64,000 nt of DNA, from assembly GCA_945861755.1 (NCBI GenBank), contig CAMAVQ010000003.1, positions 5,689 to 69,688 of the forward strand, given 5' to 3'. Source of the stretch: Gemmatimonas phototrophica (GTDB lineage: Bacteria > Latescibacterota > UBA2968 > UBA8231). Below are positions 61,670 to 64,000 of the stretch, piece by piece (within the stretch, counting starts at the first letter, position 1; each line of letters starts with the position of its first letter). The notes under the pieces were generated by a model. The model saw nothing but the letters and a program-made list of their open reading frames with translations, ran no database searches and had not been told where the DNA came from. A program made the position numbers and the translations under genes.

Positions 61670-62449
61670 ATGCTCAAGCTGCGAAGTGCTGCACCGGCAA
61701 TCCTGGCGGTCCTGCTCAGTGGGGCGATGTCCTATCTCTCCTCCGGGATCAACCAGGTCTGGATCGCAGCCGGGCTCGCGCCCATGCCGCTCCTCCTCGT
61801 GCCACCGGAAAAATTCGTCGGCATCACCCCAGAATACGCCGACAGCGCGCGGGCTATTTTCAGCGAGGCGGCGCGCGATAATCAGGTGACGATCGTCGCC
61901 GGCTTCAACCTTATCGGCTTGCCGGAATGGCCCAACATGGCCGTGGTTTTTGGCACCGATGGCCAGGTGGTGCTCGAGTACGACAAACAGCACATGATAC
62001 CCGGTCTGGAGGAGGGCTATCGCCGAGGTGAGGCAATCGGTGTCATCGCCGGGGCGGCGGCAGCCCTCGGAGTCGCCATCTGCAAGGATCTCGACTTTGT
62101 CCCGCTGGGCCGCGAGTACGCCGGCGCGGGTATTGGCCTGTTGCTGGTGCCCGCATGGGACTTTGTGAACGACGGCTGGCTGCACAGCCGGATGGCCCTG
62201 ATGCGCGGGGTTGAAGGGGGATATGCCGGGGACCGCAGCGCGAGCAACGGACTGCTCACCCTCAGCGATGCCCGTGGACGGATACTGGCCGAGCGGTCTT
62301 CGGGCGATTCAACGGAGGTGCTGCTCGCTGCCATGGTGCCCATCGGCCCTGGGGGAACCTGCTACAGTCGCACCGGGGACTGGTTCGCGTGGTTATGTCT
62401 GGGCACTATAGTTGGGTGTTTTGCCGCCGGCTGGAGGAATCGCCCCTAA
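61670..62449 (+). CDS. Stand-alone Lnt-like carbon-nitrogen hydrolase domain protein flanked by TM helices
   Basis: 259 aa. AGGAG RBS. Motifs align to the Lnt CN-hydrolase domain: LEYDKQHMIPGLEEG (Lys box), VAICKDLDF (Cys box) and LLVPAWDF...GWLHSRMALMRGVEGG. It lacks the multi-TM N-terminal half of canonical Lnt. Confidence 0.6.
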   Translation: MLKLRSAAPAILAVLLSGAMSYLSSGINQVWIAAGLAPMPLLLVPPEKFVGITPEYADSARAIFSEAARDNQVTIVAGFNLIGLPEWPNMAVVFGTDGQVVLEYDKQHMIPGLEEGYRRGEAIGVIAGAAAALGVAICKDLDFVPLGREYAGAGIGLLLVPAWDFVNDGWLHSRMALMRGVEGGYAGDRSASNGLLTLSDARGRILAERSSGDSTEVLLAAMVPIGPGGTCYSRTGDWFAWLCLGTIVGCFAAGWRNRP

Positions 62450-62544
62450 TAGAATGAACTACCCCAGCTCTGAGGGCCTGGTCCTGCATTCTGTGACCAG
62501 ACCCAATTTGGTTTGTAGAAGCGAAGGTGCAAAAAACGAAAACC

Positions 62545-62577
62545 TTGAATTTCCCCAAAGCGCATGTAGATTTGGGG
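62545..62577 (+). promoter_or_regulatory. Candidate hicAB promoter (TTGAAT-16 nt-TAGATT) overlapped by a 7-bp inverted repeat (CCCCAAA-11 nt-TTTGGGG)
   Basis: ttgaat ttccccaaagcgcatg tagatt. The inverted-repeat arms lie at 62553-62559 and 62571-62577. The region is visibly more AT-rich than its surroundings. Confidence 0.3.
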
Positions 62578-62678
62578 CAAATACCGAGAATTGCGATAGG
62601 CTAGGTCCAAAGGAGTCCCAGGAGAACACCCAAAGGGTGCGCCTGCAATTGATGTCGCCTGATCCGAGATGAACATAG

Positions 62679-62876
62679 ATGCCGCGCAAAGTCAGAGAGC
62701 TTATCAAGGATCTGGAAGCATCAGGGTTCGTGAATCGAGGTGGAAAAGGCAGCCACAGGAATTTCGTGCATCCAAAGGTAACCAAGCCAGTGACGATTGT
62801 TGGACAAGCCGGCGCCGATGCGAAGCACTATCAAGAAAGGGCCGTGAGACTGGCCATTGAGGAGTCGATACGATGA
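62679..62876 (+). CDS. hicA: HicA-family mRNA interferase toxin
   Basis: 65 aa. KVRELIKDLEASGF...GGKGSHRNFVHP pattern typical of HicA. The stop overlaps the hicB start (ATGA 62873-62876). Confidence 0.85.
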   Translation: MPRKVRELIKDLEASGFVNRGGKGSHRNFVHPKVTKPVTIVGQAGADAKHYQERAVRLAIEESIR

Positions 62877-63112
62877 AAGACAGCACCCGGTACGTCAAAA
62901 TCGTCGAGTGGTCTGACGAAGATCAGTGCTTCGTGGGAAGTTGTCCAGGGTTACTCTACGGCGGCTGCCACGGGGACGATGAGCAGGCGGTGTTTGCAGA
63001 GTTGTGCGAGATCGTGGACGAGACGATTACGCTTTATGAGAGAGACGGTAAAGCCTTGCCTCCTCCTACTGCTGGAAAGGACTACGCCAATAAGATGCTC
63101 CGCGTTGCTTGA
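62873..63112 (+). CDS. hicB: HicB-family antitoxin (short form)
   Basis: 79 aa. VEWSDEDQCFVGSCPGL...HGDDEQAVFAEL pattern of the HicB N-terminal fold. No obvious C-terminal DNA-binding extension. Confidence 0.8.
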   Translation: MKDSTRYVKIVEWSDEDQCFVGSCPGLLYGGCHGDDEQAVFAELCEIVDETITLYERDGKALPPPTAGKDYANKMLRVA

Positions 63113-63173
63113 CCAGCGCACCAACGGAGAAATCCGGTTGCTATTGGTCTAAAGGAACCTGTGGAGGAAAAAG

Positions 63174-63368
63174 ATGCACCTAACTCTGGAACTAAACGAC
63201 CAAGAAGCCCGGAGACTCCAAGCTCAGGCTGCAGAACTTGGGGTGACTCCTGAGCAACTAGCGCGCAGTGTGCTCACTGACTTGCTCGCCGAACCCGAGG
63301 AACAGTTCCGGGTCGTTGCCGAGCGGGTAATCGAGCAGAACCGCGAGTTATATAAACGACTCGGCTAG
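63174..63368 (+). CDS. Ribbon-helix-helix (CopG-like) antitoxin-type protein
   Basis: 64 aa. GGAGGA RBS. Beta-strand LTLEL followed by two helices (EARRLQAQAAELGVTPEQLARSVL). The acidic/helical tail is typical of toxin-neutralising segments. Confidence 0.6.
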   Translation: MHLTLELNDQEARRLQAQAAELGVTPEQLARSVLTDLLAEPEEQFRVVAERVIEQNRELYKRLG

Positions 63369-63478
63369 TGCGATTCTTAAGGCTAAACGAAATCCTCTGC
63401 CTCTTTGTAGTGGGCTGGCTGATCCAGCATCGGGACGCCCAAGGCCGCGAAATCCCCGCAGCGCTTACGCCGTGTTCA
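63368..63478 (+). pseudogene. Possible truncated doc/Fic-type toxin remnant (36 codons)
   Basis: The GTG overlaps the antitoxin stop (TAGTG). Translation VRFLRLNEILCLFVVGWLIQHRDAQGREIPAALTPCS resembles Doc N-termini of the type .FLT.EEVL.IH..LIE..GG..GIRD..LL. It stops before any Fic motif, where the convergent regulator gene ends. Confidence 0.3.
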
Positions 63479-64000
63479 TGAGGCGACGCCCGGCGAAGAG
63501 CTTTTCGACGTGTTCTCGCAGTTGCTCCAGTTCGATGGGCTTGGCCAGGAAGGCGTCCGCCCCGCATTCCATGGCCAGGCCTTTGTTTTGTTCGCTGGCG
63601 TAGCCGGTCAGGACCAGCACCTTGATGTGCCTGGTATCGGGGTTTGACTTGATCAACCGGCACACCTGGAAGCCGTCCAGATTCGGCATCATCAGGTCGA
63701 GGACGACCAGGTCGGGGCCAAAGCGCGCCACCTGAATCCCCGCTTCAAAGCCATCCGCGGCATTGGCCACCTCGTACTGGCCGGTCTTCCTGAGCCCCTT
63801 GACGATCACCTGCGTCACGTCTGCTTCGTCATCCACCACCAGAATCCGGCGCTTTAGGTCCGGGGACTCCCCGAAGAGGGGCAGGTTGTGCGCCCGGAGA
63901 AAGGTGTTGAAAACCGTCACGGCGATGCGGTGGTGCCGGCCCGGGGTGATGGCGGCCTGAAGGGTGCCCTTGTTGATCCAGTTGTTGACCGTCTTGACGG
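63465..64000 (-). CDS. Response regulator receiver domain with N-terminal excisionase/MerR-like HTH; 5' end outside the window
   Basis: Receiver motifs ILVVDDE, LVVLDLMMPNLDG and FLAKP. The frame stays open upstream of the GTG at 63920 to the window edge, reading VKTVNNWINKGTLQAAITPGRHHRI (HTH-like). The gene is therefore probably partial here. Confidence 0.75.
   Translation of the reverse strand, partial: VKTVNNWINKGTLQAAITPGRHHRIAVTVFNTFLRAHNLPLFGESPDLKRRILVVDDEADVTQVIVKGLRKTGQYEVANAADGFEAGIQVARFGPDLVVLDLMMPNLDGFQVCRLIKSNPDTRHIKVLVLTGYASEQNKGLAMECGADAFLAKPIELEQLREHVEKLFAGRRLMNTA

Noticed and set aside
62412-62672. 86-aa plus-strand ORF and overlapping minus-strand ORFs in the AT-rich spacer before hicA
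   Set aside because: The 86-aa ORF has no RBS, overlaps the end of the Lnt-like gene, and has heterogeneous composition without coding periodicity by eye. The spacer is treated as non-coding.
1-64000. Searched by eye for CRISPR arrays, rRNA/tRNA genes, transposases, integrases, reverse transcriptases and long identical repeats
   Set aside because: None found. Non-coding spacers are all 229 nt or shorter. No regularly spaced direct repeats occur outside coding repeats, and no DDE, tyrosine-recombinase or RT motifs appear in any ORF translation.

Overview
High-GC, densely coding bacterial window with about 57 protein genes in alternating strand blocks. I found no rRNA, tRNA, CRISPR array, transposase or integrase. 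A TolC/RND efflux set, a putative outer-membrane barrel and three cargo proteins with FlgD-Ig/Por-type C-terminal sorting domains argue for a diderm, non-actinobacterial host. A candidate-phylum or FCB-like origin is only a guess.

The most notable locus is a complete Pup-type (UBact-like) proteasome operon on the minus strand (about 16.6-27.6 kb): lepB, mpa/arc, dop, a 66-aa modifier ending in RTGQ, prcB, prcA and pafA. An unannotatable 150-aa ORF follows pafA after 6 nt, and its stop overlaps (ATGA) the start of a 1101-aa secreted M6-like metalloprotease.

Other content:
- A second M6 paralogue overlapping (ATGA) a GAF/HD-GYP gene.
- A cNMP-binding protein coupled to a Lys-rich small protein.
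- Scattered Gfo/Idh/MocA and TIM-barrel isomerase genes around gatB.
- Tandem MBL-fold hydrolases.
- A 7-gene carbohydrate-type operon that includes a phosphodiester glycosidase and a sulfatase-fold enzyme with Thr in place of the formylglycine Cys.
- A 1534-aa NHL/Ig-like surface protein.
- An ABC binding protein and permease with no ATPase.
- A 5-gene epimerase / nucleoside hydrolase / M24 / 2x PhyH operon.
- An ECF sigma/anti-sigma block leading into a TolC-MFP-RND pump.
- A more AT-rich toxin-antitoxin islet (hicAB, an RHH antitoxin and an apparent doc remnant).

All calls come from reading the ORF translations and the DNA by eye. No database searches were run.
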